A stretch of DNA of 64,000 nucleotides. It comes from Octopus vulgaris (Eukaryota). A model generated the notes under the pieces. The model was not told the DNA's origin. It did no database searches and was given only the letters and a program-made list of their open reading frames with translations. Shown here in pieces: positions 11,849-25,719 of this stretch (the stretch's first letter is position 1; each line of letters begins with the position of its first letter). The position numbers and the translations under genes are program-made. The stretch covers positions 22,382,001 to 22,446,000 of the forward strand of contig OX597827.1 in NCBI GenBank assembly GCA_951406725.2, in the 5' to 3' direction.

Positions 11849-12731
11849 TGTATGTATGTATGTATGTATGTATATATGTATGTAAGTATGTATGTATATG
11901 CTCAGATTTGTATGTTTTGTTTTATGTATGTATTCTCATGCATATAGCTACATATCTAGACATGCTCACATATATTCAAATGATAAGCTTATGCAAAGTT
12001 TCTATAGTTCCAGTGTATGTAATTATGCATATATGTACGTATGTATATATACATATCTTTGCATGTATGTATGTTCTTCTATTTCCCGTTTTAAGCATAA
12101 GAGAAAATTTTGACTGGTCACCAAATTGGTAAAAGGGTGGTATAGGAAAGGATTTGGTTTCAGCCATCATCCTTTGAATCTTAAGAAAGAATTGGCAGAT
12201 GCTTATAGTCCCAGACACTCTGGTCATTTGGAGCATAGGAATTAAGGATATGCGTGCATGCATGTGCTTATGTGTGTATACATACATATACATATATTCT
12301 TACATTCATATACACATACATGCAAACTTGCAGTATATATATATATATATATATATGAGCGTGTATATGTGCATACATACATACATATGTATACATATAT
12401 ATATACACATATACATGCATCATATATGCATATATATATATATATACATATACATACATATATACACACACACATATAAATATACACATAATATAAACAT
12501 ACACATAATATATACATATTTATATATGCATATATATACATATATATCTACATATATATACATATATATATATACACACATACATATATATGTAGACATA
12601 TATACACATATATATATACATATACATACACATATATATACATATACATACACATATATATATACATATACATACTCATATATATACATATACATACTCA
12701 TATATATACACATATATACATATACATACAC

Positions 12732-12782
<51 letters not shown>

Positions 12783-12815
12783 TTACTGGGAAAAGGATGC
12801 GTGGTGTTCGATCAT

Positions 12816-13200
12816 ATAATAATATAAATAATATATAGATATATGTATACATACATACATATATGTACATACCTACATATACATGTATATATACATGCAT
12901 ATATGGGTACAAGACATCAAAAACACATTGAAAACAATGAGAAACGAAAACATAAAAACAAAAACATGGAAACGAACTTTTTTTTCAAACAATGAAAAAA
13001 CAGAGTACAAGACATACAACACAAGGAATATTGCCCTTCTTCAGTTGCCCCTGTTTCGTCTACTCCGCGTTTCGAAGGTATTGTGTTCAAAGTTTTTTGA
13101 TGTCCTGTACCCATATATGCATGTATATATACATATTGATGTAGGTATGTACACATATGTATGTATATATGCATATATTTATATATTATTTATATTATAT
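12816..13200. repeat. Fold-back inverted repeat (arms ~12816-12924 / 13092-13200); family also present at 26790-27150
   Basis: TACATGCATATATGGGTACAAGACATCAAAAAC vs GTTTTTTGATGTCCTGTACCCATATATGCATGTA. Confidence 0.85.
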
Positions 13201-13223
13201 TATATTTATATATATATATATAC

Positions 13224-13477
13224 AGGAGAGGAAAAATTATAAAAAGGCAGAATTTGAAGGTAAATTTTAATAAAAATGGGTGTATGGAAAATTTTAAAAA
13301 ATTAAAAAATATATTAAAAAATATTTAAAAATATATTAAAAAAAATAATATTTAAAAACAGTTTTTTTAATATATTTTTTTTAATTTTTTAATTTTTTAA
13401 AATTTTCCATACACCCATTTTTATTAAAATTTACCTTCAATTTCAGCATTCTGCCCTTTTATAAGTTTTCCTCGCCT
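13224..13477. repeat. Fold-back inverted repeat; family also present at 44650-44835
   Basis: GAAGGTAAATTTTAATAAAAATGGGTGTATGGAAAATTTT vs AAAATTTTCCATACACCCATTTTTATTAAAATTTACCTTC. Confidence 0.88.
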
Positions 13478-13546
13478 ACCATTTCTCCACATGCGGTTAA
13501 CACAACCCCACCATTTATTGATTTAAATATATACATACATACATAC

Positions 13547-13603
<57 letters not shown>

Positions 13604-13786
13604 TTCAGATAAACGTTCTTCGGCACGAAAAAAATCTACAACCTGTCGTCTCAATAAATCTCTATTATCCCTGAAAGTTTTTTTTTTTTAAATGTACTAC
13701 GGATTGCTTGAAGCTAACTTTCTTGCTACACCTCGATCCCTGGATCTTATATATATATATATATATATTATATTATATTATATATA

Positions 13787-13880
<94 letters not shown>

Positions 13881-13897
13881 GTTATATATCTATATAT

Positions 13898-13939
<42 letters not shown>

Positions 13940-14267
13940 GTATGTATGTATGTATGTATACATGTAAAATTTGTTGTGATCAGAAATGTTGACCTACTGC
14001 AACCGAACTCCAATCTCCTTCACCATGGGTAAGAATCAAATGATAGGAAATTGCTTCTTTTCTCAAACGAAAACCCTTTCCTCTCATCGGGATCAATACA
14101 ATAAACGGGGATTCTCAGATTGATTCATTTTTTGCGGACTAATTTTTATATATTTGATAAAATTTAATGTATTAAAATAAAGATTCATATGCACGCATCA
14201 CCTACGTTACATATGTGTGGTTGATGTGTTTGGTGTGTGTGTGTGTGTGTGTGTGTTTGTGTGCGCA

Positions 14268-14320
<53 letters not shown>

Positions 14321-14411
14321 GTATATACATACATGTGTGAAGTAATATACATATATTTATGTATGTATATTTATATCTCTCTATACAAAAATGTGTTTAT
14401 ACATAAGTGTA

Positions 14412-14453
<42 letters not shown>

Positions 14454-14472
14454 TACATATACATATATATTC

Positions 14473-14528
<56 letters not shown>

Positions 14529-14540
14529 TGTATGTATGTG

Positions 14541-14622
<82 letters not shown>

Positions 14623-14714
14623 TGTATGTATACATTTGTATATGGTATCCCCATATCTGTATCTATCTAGCTATCTAGAAATGTGTATAGGTATGTGAAT
14701 TACATACATTCACC

Positions 14715-14812
14715 CATTTATTAGAACCATTTGTGTATGGTGTAGATTTTTCTATAATTAATTGGAAGATTATAGAATAATCTACACCATACATAAATAG
14801 TTCTAATAAATG
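14715..14812. repeat. Hairpin (44-bp arms) at the 5' truncation point of a Penelope-like remnant
   Basis: CATTTATTAGAACCATTTGTGTATGGTGTAGAT... / ...ATCTACACCATACATAAATAGTTCTAATAAATG. Confidence 0.9.
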
Positions 14813-14936
14813 CTGGCTGTATTTGGCAGAAAGGCCACATATCCTATTTAGATCAAAGATACCAAACTCGATCTTGAACTCCCGATCCGAAATTTTTAGT
14901 AGTTGTAAACATATGCAAAAATTTCTTTTAAAAAAT
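14763..14936 (+). pseudogene. Penelope-like element ORF C-terminus (GIY-YIG endonuclease tail)
   Basis: WKIIE*STPYINSSNKCWLYLAERPHILFRSKIPNSILNSRSEIFSSCKHMQKFLL resembles the recalled PLE tail W.I...Y...C.LC..EK..I...LN.RSE....C.H..KFLL. Confidence 0.6.
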
Positions 14937-15485
14937 CGGAAGATATCACTCTTCCTGACGAACTCGTCAACAATTGATTTACTTATATACTTGTAGTTTT
15001 TTCTCATATTCATATTTTTATTACCTTTTATTTTATTATATTTCAAATATTTTATATTTCGATATATATTTTAATATTATTATTATATGCATATATTTTT
15101 CATATTCTCTCTTTATTTACATTTTCTTTATATTTGTATATTGTAAATTATATTTGTACATGCCCCTATTAAAAAAAAAAACATTTCTCCTTATATTATA
15201 TGTTTTGTATATTATTTGTACGTACCCCGATTTTTAAAATCTGTTCTATCATTCCTTACTTCTCATAAAATTTTTTCATCAAAATGTTTATTTAAGAAAA
15301 AAAAAAGAAGAAAATTTCCCAAACATTTTTTCCATCCGATTTTACACCATTCGATCTTCGCATCTCGAGATTTACATTCTGCGTCGTCAGCCTAATGCTA
15401 TCTTCCACATAATCCGTCCCTATATTGGGTTTCTTTCGCCCCGTGTTTAGATTCGGTCCAGTATTTGAAGTCCGATGGTATTCCT

Positions 15486-15535
15486 GCCGCCTGAAGAACG
15501 TACGTGGGTTCCATGTGCCTGAAAGTTTTAGTGGC
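15486..15535 (+). ncRNA. Type I hammerhead in putative pseudo-LTR
   Basis: GCCGC-CTGAAGA-ACGTACGTGG GTT CCATGTGCCT-GAAA-GTTT-TA-GTGGC; (TA)n begins ~25 nt later. Confidence 0.65.
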
Positions 15536-15759
15536 GTGGCCAGGATATATGAGGTGGTTTTATATATATATATGTATATATATACATATATATATATATA
15601 TGTATATATATATGTATATATAAATATATGTATTATGTATATATATATATGTATGTATATATAGATATGTATTATGTATATATATATATGTATGTATATA
15701 TATATATGTATTATGTATATATATATATATGTATGTATATATATATGTATGTATTCTTT

Positions 15760-16245
15760 GTCACGTGACTGTTGGCCGAAATCTGCCTTTCAGCTTCTGA
15801 CCCTCGTCGTGTTAACATCGCTGTTTTCGTCCGCCACTATAAAGGCTTTTTCCATTGCGCCAGAGAAAAAATTTGTTTGCTTGTTATCAGTCGTAAGACA
15901 CTGTTGTTTTCACCGTTAATGCTTCTGTATTTCATGTTTCTGTATTCCATTATTGTTTTTTGTTTTTTTATATCTGTCCCTTTTGCTGTCCTGGTGTTCG
16001 TATGCATTCGATCCTTCTTCCAGGAAATCTACGCTTCCAGCTTAGTTTTTCTAATGCTCGTTGCTTGGTTTTTCTTGGAGGGCTGGCCGTGATCTAGTAA
16101 TCTCAAGATTAATCAGCCGAAATTACTACGATGATCCGGTTCTTGACTGAAGACTGAGGGTTTCGAATGTCCTGTCCGTGTTTATTGTGTCGTCTTCTAA
16201 GAGTTATACGTTCTTGTCCATGTTGTATTTTTCTACATACCTTAA
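15760..16245 (+). mobile_element. Dispersed repeat ending in (TA)n, probable PLE 3' end
   Basis: 16098-16235 is repeated at 42261-42400; T-rich composition like the other pLTR-like tails. Confidence 0.5.
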
Positions 16246-16283
16246 TATATATATATATATGTATATATATATATGTATCTATG

Positions 16284-16314
<31 letters not shown>

Positions 16315-16442
16315 GTATATATATGTATATATATATATGTATATATATGTATATATATATGTATATATATGCATGTATATATATATATATATACATGCAT
16401 ATATATATATATGCATGTATATATATACGTATATACGTATAC

Positions 16443-16501
<59 letters not shown>

Positions 16502-16589
16502 ATATATATGTGTGTATATATATATGTATATGTATATATATGTGTATATATATGTATACATGTATAAGTTTTTTTTTATATATATATAT

Positions 16590-16705
16590 ATAGGGAGAAT
16601 TCACAAAGAAACAAAAAACAAAAGACGAAGACAGGTGGTGTAGACAACAAACAGATGTATTAGTATAACGCTCGGGAAGTGAAAAAGTCTTTAACGTTTC
16701 GAACC
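16590..16705 (-). mobile_element. pLTR-like repeat family M
   Basis: Shared with 18610-18712, 27665-27850, 37670-37730, 58640-58820 and 59600-59730; contains GAAACGT(T/A/C) hammerhead 3' half. Confidence 0.7.
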
Positions 16706-16707
16706 TT

Positions 16708-16842
16708 GGTACAAAATAGCAGCAGCATTGCAAGTAACAAGAGTCAAAAACGACTCAATTAGCCACAAAAAGCAATTAACTTTGTGGCTAATTTAGTCGT
16801 TTTCGACTCTTCTTTCTAGCAATGCTGGTACTATTTTGTGCC
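16708..16842. repeat. Fold-back inverted repeat (~62-bp arms)
   Basis: AAGAGTCAAAAACGACTCAATTAGCCACAAA / TTTGTGGCTAATTTAGTCGTTTTCGACTCTT, extending outward. Confidence 0.85.
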
Positions 16843-17269
16843 CTTGTTTATAAATTCGCCTGTAGGTTTTACTCGGTAATGAGCCACCTACATTATATAT
16901 ATATATATATATATATATATAATCATTTAGTGTTAATAGTTGGTACAAAGAGTCCTCAAAACCGTGGTAGAGATGAAGATTATATTCTATTTTGGTTGAG
17001 TCAGTCACTTGCAGCTCCACCTGTGGAGGCCTAGGATCTTCGGACCAGTTGTGAAACTGAGTAGCTGCAGACAGACTCGACCACAATAATAATAACGATG
17101 ATAATGATGATGATGATGGTACTGATAATAATAATAATGACATAAACATATGTATGCACACACATATAGCAATGATATATACATATATAAATATACACTT
17201 ATGTATGTATATGTACACATACATGTATATATATATATATATAATAGATAGATAGATAGATAGATAATA

Positions 17270-17313
<44 letters not shown>

Positions 17314-17314
17314 T

Positions 17315-17354
<40 letters not shown>

Positions 17355-17407
17355 TGCATATGTATATATATATATATATATATACATATACATTATCTAT
17401 CTATCAA

Positions 17408-17447
<40 letters not shown>

Positions 17448-17574
17448 GATAGATTGATAGATAGATAGATATAGGTATATACTGCATACATATATATGTA
17501 ACGTACATACATGCATATATACATATATATACGTACATATATGCATATACTTTATACACCCCCACACATACATA

Positions 17575-17790
17575 AAGCGAACTGAGAGAATTGTCGACCC
17601 TCTGGACAAATTGTTTAGCGGCATTTCCTACGGTTCTTTACGTTCTGATTTCAAATTCGACCGAGGTCGATTTTACCTTTCATCCTTCCAGGGTCGATGA
17701 AATAAATTCCTGTTGTCCACTGGAATCAATGAAATCGAATGGTCCCTTCTTTCAAAATTTGTTGGCCTTGCGCCAAAAAATTTAAGAATA
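17575..17790 (+). mobile_element. SINE family B (diverged)
   Basis: B-box-like TTCAAATTC followed by GAGGTCGATTTTACCTTTCATCC. Confidence 0.7.
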
Positions 17791-18350
17791 ATACAAACAC
17801 ACGCATATTTATGTATATATATACACTTACGCATGCATACATATCATTTAACATTCGATTATATTATATCATTATTGCTATATATATTATATTATATATA
17901 TATATGTGTGTATATATATGTATGTATGTTTGTATATCCATATACAGACGACATACATTACAATCTATGTCTTGAATTTTTTTTCATGTAAAAGCCACCA
18001 ACTAACATGTGATCGTTTCCCTCTCTTCCCTCTGTGTTCTGTATGTAAGACTCACCTTCAGAACACCTACATTGATATTTTTTTGCTATTTTTTTAAAAA
18101 TAAATCCGTTCAACGAATGCATCGGTTCAGTTAAAATTTTTCGTTTTTTTTCTTTGCTATTACTATAATATGAAAAATGTTCCCTTCCGTAAAAAATAGT
18201 TAGTCTTATTGAATTACATTTGTATATACATAAAATTAAATGCATTTTCATCCATTTCTCATTATTTTTCATATGCATACATACATATACGTATATTTAT
18301 GCACATATTACATTCATATATGATATATATACATATATGATATATATACA

Positions 18351-18382
<32 letters not shown>

Positions 18383-18451
18383 CATATATATATACATATA
18401 TATATATACATATATATATATACATATATATATACATATATATATATATCT

Positions 18452-18498
<47 letters not shown>

Positions 18499-19082
18499 AT
18501 ATATATGTATGTATATACACATATATACTTATATAATGTATATATGTACATACATATATATGTACGTATTTGTATATATATATATATATGTATAAGTACA
18601 TATAAGTACAAACGTAAAAGACTTTTTCTATTCCTGAGCGTTATACTAATACATCTGTTTATTTTGCACACCACCTGCCTTCGTCTTTTGTTTTTTTCGT
18701 AAACTCTCCCTATATATATATATATATATCTATCTATATATTACGTATTTGTATGTGTGTGTGTGTTTATACGTATACATACCGATATAGGAATTTCTTT
18801 ATTGTTATCACGAAATAATTTCAAGCATATTATTAACATTTCCTTCTACTTAAAATTTTGAAAATTGTAATTTTTGTGAATATGAATGAATTCTGTCGGT
18901 CTACCTGTCCGTCCATCCGTCTGTCTGTGTGTCTGTCTGTCTCTCTTTCTCTCTTCCACATTCACACACGAACTCACGCATTTTGTGTGCATTTCCTCGC
19001 ATAATTTATGTAATTATGTATTCCAATTAACGCTCTTTTACAGTTTATGATCATGAAAGAGATATGTATTTAGAGGTACGCA

Positions 19083-19131
<49 letters not shown>

Positions 19132-19188
19132 AAGTATGTATCTATGTACATGTGTGTATGTATGTATATATATACGTTCATATATATA

Positions 19189-19222
<34 letters not shown>

Positions 19223-19343
19223 CATGTGTATATATATATATTTTCATATATTGTTATTATTTTTATTATTAAATCTGCAAAAACATCACGAAAATATCAC
19301 AAATCAAGAAAGGAATAGATGTTTTTATTCCATTTTTGATCAT

Positions 19344-19385
19344 AACTGCTTGATGAACGGGAACGGGAAACTCCGAGTAGCAGTT
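19344..19385 (+). ncRNA. Type I hammerhead-like fold inside imperfect inverted repeat 19262-19427
   Basis: AACTGC-TTGATGA-ACGGGAACGG-GAAA-CTCCGAG-TA-GCAGTT; 6-bp stem I, GUA site, weak stem II. Confidence 0.6.
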
Positions 19386-19771
19386 TTTGTGATATTTTTG
19401 TAATGTTTTTAAAGCTTTAGTAATAAAGCATATTACTCTACCTCTGGTATTCGAGTACTATGTTCTCCTACCTTGTTTCACATGTTATGCCCTTATATAT
19501 ATATTCATATATATATATAGACAGATAGACAGATATCGTTATACACACACACACATACATACATACATACATACATACATACATACATACATACATACAT
19601 ACATACATACATACATACATACATGTCTCTATGGTCACAAACGCAATGCATTCATCGAAGCGGTTCCTCTAACCACCCCTCCATAAAATTAATACAATTT
19701 CCTTCATTCTCCAAGTTCTCTCACACACATTACACACTCGCGCACATTTATACATATATACACACATATAT

Positions 19772-19816
<45 letters not shown>

Positions 19817-20714
19817 ATCTATACAAAATAACGACAGAATTGACACCACGTGAGCAGAAGACGAAATTTCTTTGTGGTATATGGAATTGCTAGAAATAGC
19901 AACGTGGACCTATAAAAAGACAAGTGTGGTCACGGCCGGAGTCCATCTCCCGTTCCTGAGTCCACCAATTACTGTTGGCCTGGGGTTAAACAAAATTAAC
20001 GCTGCTGCTGCTGCTACTAGTACAACCGTCACCACCGATATCAGCACGCCACCATTTTGTTGGCAGCACTACCATCAACATCACCAGCACCACCTCCGCC
20101 GCCGCCGCCACCATCACAACCCCTGATAATAGTTCTACAATCACCCCCCTCCTATACTACCAACCACATTATTGCCACCACCACCACCACCAACACCACC
20201 ACACCAGCTTCAACATTCCGTTCCACACGTTTGAACGTTGAAATTCTATTCAGGGTGAAAGTTATAAAATATCGCGTGTGTGTGATACAGGTAGATGGCG
20301 ATGTATTGGTTGACGTAGGCAAATACCTGTAATTATTTGGGATTTACTCTTCAACTGGGAAAAGAAAACATAAACCTAGCGGCAATGGCGAGTAGCTTCG
20401 TAATACTTAAAGAAAGGGGATTTTCTTTTATATATGTATGTATATGTTTATGTGTATATGTATGAGTGTACGTGTGTGTATGTATATACACGTGTGTGTG
20501 TGTGCTTGTGTATATATGTTTGTGTATGTGTATGTATATATACGTATGTGTGTGTGTATGCGTGTTTATATATATGTATGTATATGTGTGTGTATGCGTG
20601 AGTGTATGTATGTGTGTACGTATGTATATCCTTGACACACACACATATATCACACATATATATGCGTATATGTATGTATACATTCATATAAACACACACA
20701 CATACACACACACA

Positions 20715-20750
<36 letters not shown>

Positions 20751-20853
20751 TATATATATGCACACAAGAATATACAGGTATATGTATAAACACGCATGCA
20801 TGTGTACAAGAATGTGTGTGTATGTATATATGTATGAATGCGTGTGTGTGTGT

Positions 20854-20892
<39 letters not shown>

Positions 20893-21351
20893 CGTCACTC
20901 ACCGTTTTTCATCGGCTGATTGTAAATTTATCCGTAACATTATGGTGGCCGTAAAACTGTAATGGCATTGAGAGATGCAGCAGCAGCAGCAGCAGTAGCA
21001 GCAGCAGCGGCGGTTGTAGCAACCGTTGTAGTAGTAGTAGTAGTAATAGTAGTAGTAGTAGTAATGGACTATTATAGTAGTTGAAGTGTTAGCATTGTTG
21101 TTTATGATGATGATGAAGATGATGATGGTGGTGGTTGTGTTGTTGTTGTTGTTGTTGTTGTTGGCGGTGGTGGCGGTAGTAATACTGTAATGTTATAATA
21201 GTTATGATGATGATATAATGACCGTAGTGGTGGTGGTGGTGGTGGTTGTTGTGGTGGTTGCAGCAACAAGGGCAATGCCAGTTGTTGGAGGAGATAACCA
21301 AACATGTAGCAGTATGCAGTAGTAGTTGTAGTAGTGGTGGTGGTGGTGGTA

Positions 21352-21392
<41 letters not shown>

Positions 21393-21397
21393 TTAAT

Positions 21398-21570
21398 GCG
21401 GCGAGCTAGCGGAATCGATAGCACGCTGGACGAAATGCTTAATCGTATTTCGCCCATCGTTATGTTCTGAGTTCAAATTCCACCACGGTCTATTTCGCTT
21501 TTCATTCTTCCGCGGTCGATAAAATAAGTGCCAGCCAAACACTGGCTTTGTGTCTATAGTAAAAAGGGGA
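21398..21570 (+). mobile_element. SINE family B
   Basis: GCGGCGAGCTAGCGGAATCGATAGC head; GAGTTCAAATTCC B-box. Confidence 0.75.
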
Positions 21571-21573
21571 TTA

Positions 21574-21611
<38 letters not shown>

Positions 21612-21614
21612 ACT

Positions 21615-23003
21615 TGAGAGACCAGTGCATGCCATCAAAGTGACACTGGGGTAAAATATACGAAGCCCAGTATACCCATCATAACTACCCGTCTGATAAG
21701 GGTACACCAGACACATACATCACAACCATATGTGCACGACATAGTGATCTCATATCAAGGCAAACACCGCATGACATTGCAGGTGGGGCTCACAATTTTC
21801 TTCAGGTCGAGTAGCCCATCCCACTCAAAAGGTCCCTGAATAAGGGTTGTTTAAGGATGATGAACAAAACACCCATGTTTCCAAAGGTGAATTATCTAAA
21901 CTCCAAGCAATTCCTCTCAACACATGGCTACTTCTGCTCGTGACCAGAGTTGCACATATTGTCAGCCACTGAGGGACATGCTCAACTGGTTAAGGTCAAA
22001 CAACTGACATGCAAATCTGTGGTATTGAGCAAAATATTTGCTGTAGCCCATCTTTTATACCAAGACAAAACAATGTACATGATAACACTTCCAATCAGTT
22101 AAGATCAGCAGCCATGAGAGCCACTGCCTGGTACTGCATCAGGGCATTTATCATTATCATTATTATTATTATTATTGAGTAAGAGATCAACGTATGCCAT
22201 TAAAGTGACACTGGGGTACAAATATACGAACCCAATATACCCATCATAACTACCCACCCGATAAGTATACACCAGGTACATGCATCACAACCATATGTGT
22301 GCGGCATAGTGGTCTCATATCAAGATAAACAGCGCATGACCTTGTAGGTGGGGCACAGAATTTTATTCAGATTGAGTAGCCCATCCTGCTGTCAGGTAAA
22401 CCCTTGTGGTTAATAAAGAAATCATTAATTATTATTATTATTATTATTTACTTTTTATCTGCATCTTTGTTACCGTCACTTGCCGATCACACCCAGCGTC
22501 CTGGGGCGAGTGAAGGATAAGAGATGTTACAATATGACGGAAAGCTTGGGGAGGAGAGGTAGGGAAATATCTTCATGTAATACAACACAGACATTTAAAT
22601 GGATAGGGTCTTTCTGAGGATGTGGGCAGTACCTGTCAGCACAATCTTTTGGATTTCTCTGATACATTGGTTATCCAAGGATTTTATCTAATTGTTTCTG
22701 AAATCCCTTTTATATCATACCTAGGGCACCCACAATATCAGGAACAGTTTTCGTTTTAAGATGCCACATCTTTCGTATTTCAATTTCCAGGTCCTTATAT
22801 TTACTTAGTTTGTCAAATTCCTTTACACATATATTTTTATCAGTGAGAACACTTACATCTATTAGTGTACAAGTCTTTTCTTCACTGTGTTTAATCATTA
22901 TGTCCGGTCCATTAGCCTGGATCATTCTGTCAGTGTTGACAGGAAAATCTCGGAGGATAGTAACATTTTTACCTTCAACGACTGGCTCAGGATGATGTTC
23001 GTA

Positions 23004-23055
<52 letters not shown>

Positions 23056-23519
23056 GAGTGAGAGAGCAGTTCATGCCATCAAAGTGACACTGGGGTAAAA
23101 TATACGAAGCCAGATATACCCATCATGACTACCCGTCTGATAAGGGTACACCAGGCACATGCATCACAACCATATGTGCGCGACATGGTGATCTCATATC
23201 AAGATAAACAGCACATGACCTTGCAGGTGGGGCCCAGTTAGAATTTTCTTCAGGTTGAGTAGCCCATCCCGCTCAAAAGGTCTCTGAATAAGGGTTGTTT
23301 AAGGATGTTGAAAGAACCACCTATGTTTCCAGAGGTGAATTATTCAAACCCCAGCCACTAAAGGACATGCTCAACTGGTTAAGGTCAAACAACTGACAAG
23401 CAAATCTGTGGTATTGAGCAGAATATTTGCTGTAGCCCATCTTTTATACCAAGACAAAACAATGTACATGATAACACTTCCAATCAGTTAAGATCAGAAG
23501 CCATGAGAGCCACTGCCTG

Positions 23520-23578
<59 letters not shown>

Positions 23579-24066
23579 GAGTGAGAGAGCAGTGCATGCC
23601 ATCAAATTGATACTGGGGTAAAATATACGAAGCCCAGTACACCTATCATGACTGCCCGTCTGATAAGGGTACACTAGGTACATGCATCAAAATCATATCT
23701 GTGCGACATGGTGATCTCATATCAAGATAAACAGCGCATGACCTTGCAGGTGGGGCCCAGTTAAATTTTTTTTTCTGGTCGAGTAGCCCATCCCACTCAA
23801 ATGGTGCCTGTATAAGGGTTGTTTAAGGATGACGAACAAAACACCCATGTTTCCAAAGGTGAATTATCCAACCCCCGAAGAATTCGTTTCAACACATGGT
23901 TATGATGCTCCCCCACTTACTTCTGCTCATGATCAGAGATGCACATATCGTCAGCCACTAAGGGACATGCTCAACTGGTTATGGTCAAACAACTGACAAG
24001 TAAATCTGTGCTATTGAGCAGAATATTTGCTGTAGCCCATCTTTTATACCAAGACAAAACAATGTA
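21615..24066. mobile_element. Cluster of four co-oriented ~545-bp elements (21615-22148, 22176-22390, 23056-23520, 23578-24066) separated by (TTA)n
   Basis: Each aligns to 5619-6163. Confidence 0.88.
22450..23002 (-). mobile_element. R4/Dong-like LINE 3' end
   Basis: ORF 22710..22925: ANGPDIMIK..TLIDVSV..KEFDKLSKYKDLEIEIRKMWHLK. Confidence 0.85.
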
Positions 24067-24080
24067 TTGGTAGATTTTGT

Positions 24081-24140
<60 letters not shown>

Positions 24141-24339
24141 CTCAGGGTGAGGTGATGAAGATTATGATGGCAGTTGTGATGATAATGCTGATGTTGATAT
24201 CACTGATAATGGCGATGGTGATAATGTTGGTGATGATAGGGATGATGATAATGTCGATGTTGGAGATAATGATGATGACTTTTGAGTGACAAAACAAAGT
24301 TCAAGAATTCTTTTATTTGTGTTCTTAGAAGAATAGAAT

Positions 24340-25200
24340 TGGTCGAATAGAGCTGAGAAGTTGTGGCTTGGTTTGTCAAAGACTTTTGAGTCAGTGTTAC
24401 ACAAACTGCTTGAGTATACCACGGAGCTGTTCTGGATCCCACCAGAAGTCTGCAAGCTGATGATGGATTACTGCAGCAGGTTCTACACGCGATTTACATC
24501 GAAGGATTACACACAGACTTGGCAAAAGCTTGAGATGAGGAATTGTAGCTGGGTGTACAATTTCAGTCATATGGTTCATTCTTGGAATGGAATTCGTCCT
24601 ATAAGGGATAATGGCTCACGACCATAAAATGAAGAGCCACTCACCTAAGAAAGTATTGTTAGATAGGGATCAGAAGTGAACGGTGAGAATCCTGTACAGG
24701 CTGGGTGAGGCTGATGAGCCGCACAGGGTAACACTCGTTAAGGGAGGACAGAAAGAAGTAAAGTATGAGATCGTAAGAGAAGTCATGACTACAATACCAG
24801 AGGATCGTGTGAAGGGCCTGGGCAGGCAGGCTGGATGATGGAATGTTTAATGATAGAAGTGAGGGGATGAGGATAAAGAAAATGGGGCTGACAAGGGACT
24901 CTCAATGATCAAGAAAAAGAAATACATTACCACCAGGTAAGTTCAAACTTTGGTGTTTGCAATTAGCTTTGAACCCCAGACTGCAGAGGCCAGTGATGTT
25001 AAGTGAAACTGCAGGGACACAGGTTGTGACAATTGAATGGAAATGTAACGCCTATATTCACAAGTGGCTAGGATTGCCAAGGAACTTTGTGTGGATGGCT
25101 TTGTTCAAGAACAAAGGTCCTTTAGAGACAGCAATTCTGTTGATAATTGAGCTGTACGAATGGGGGTTGTGGTGCAGAGATGGTTTTGATAATGCACTAT
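24340..25200 (+). pseudogene. Decayed R2-group (Hero-like) LINE reverse transcriptase
   Basis: VWLGLSKTFESVLHKLL..IPPEV..WQKLE, GIVAGCTISVIWFILGME, LPGKFKLWCLQ..PRL, KWLGLPRN. Confidence 0.7.
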
Positions 25201-25719
25201 TCGAACAAATTTGTTACACGTTCCTCCGGAGAAGTTTGTAACCTTCCTAGAATATGGAGATATAGTGGAGCACACGCACACACACACACACACACTGATA
25301 TCTTTGACTCCTCCACTAAATGCACACCCAACTGATTCTTGGAGAGTCGATCACAAAAAGCTCCATTTTTTCTCGGGTCCCCGGAAATCGCTGTCTTCTT
25401 TGCCTCTTCTACCCTTACTCTATCGGCCCCTATCCTTTCTTCACATCCCTGGAATTTCCCCCTCCTCTCTGTTCCTGTCTTCCCTGTCGTTGTTGACTCA
25501 GCAAATTTCAAGATGAACGTTAACGACATCAAGCTCACCAGTCTATGGGAGCGTTCGAAGGCTATAGGCACGACCCCTCATTCCAGACCCAGCAATTAAA
25601 AAACAAAACAGAAAGGAAAAAGTTGGCAAGATTGAGGATAAGAAAAAAGACAGGAAATTATTTTGTTTTTATGTTTATTGTATGACATTTTAATATCTCC
25701 CCACCTCAGTAAAAAAATA

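Noticed and set aside
13030-13080. Possible type II hammerhead on the minus strand (GAAA before CTGAAGA; also 26995-27040)
   Set aside because: Stems I and III cannot be paired convincingly
21615-24066. Repeat-spacer-like organisation (CRISPR-like)
   Set aside because: Eukaryotic DNA; units are ~500-bp TE copies separated by (TTA)n; no cas genes
25505-25596. MNVNDIKLTSLW resembling a Gypsy gag N-terminus
   Set aside because: Too short and degenerate; no LTR or downstream domains seen
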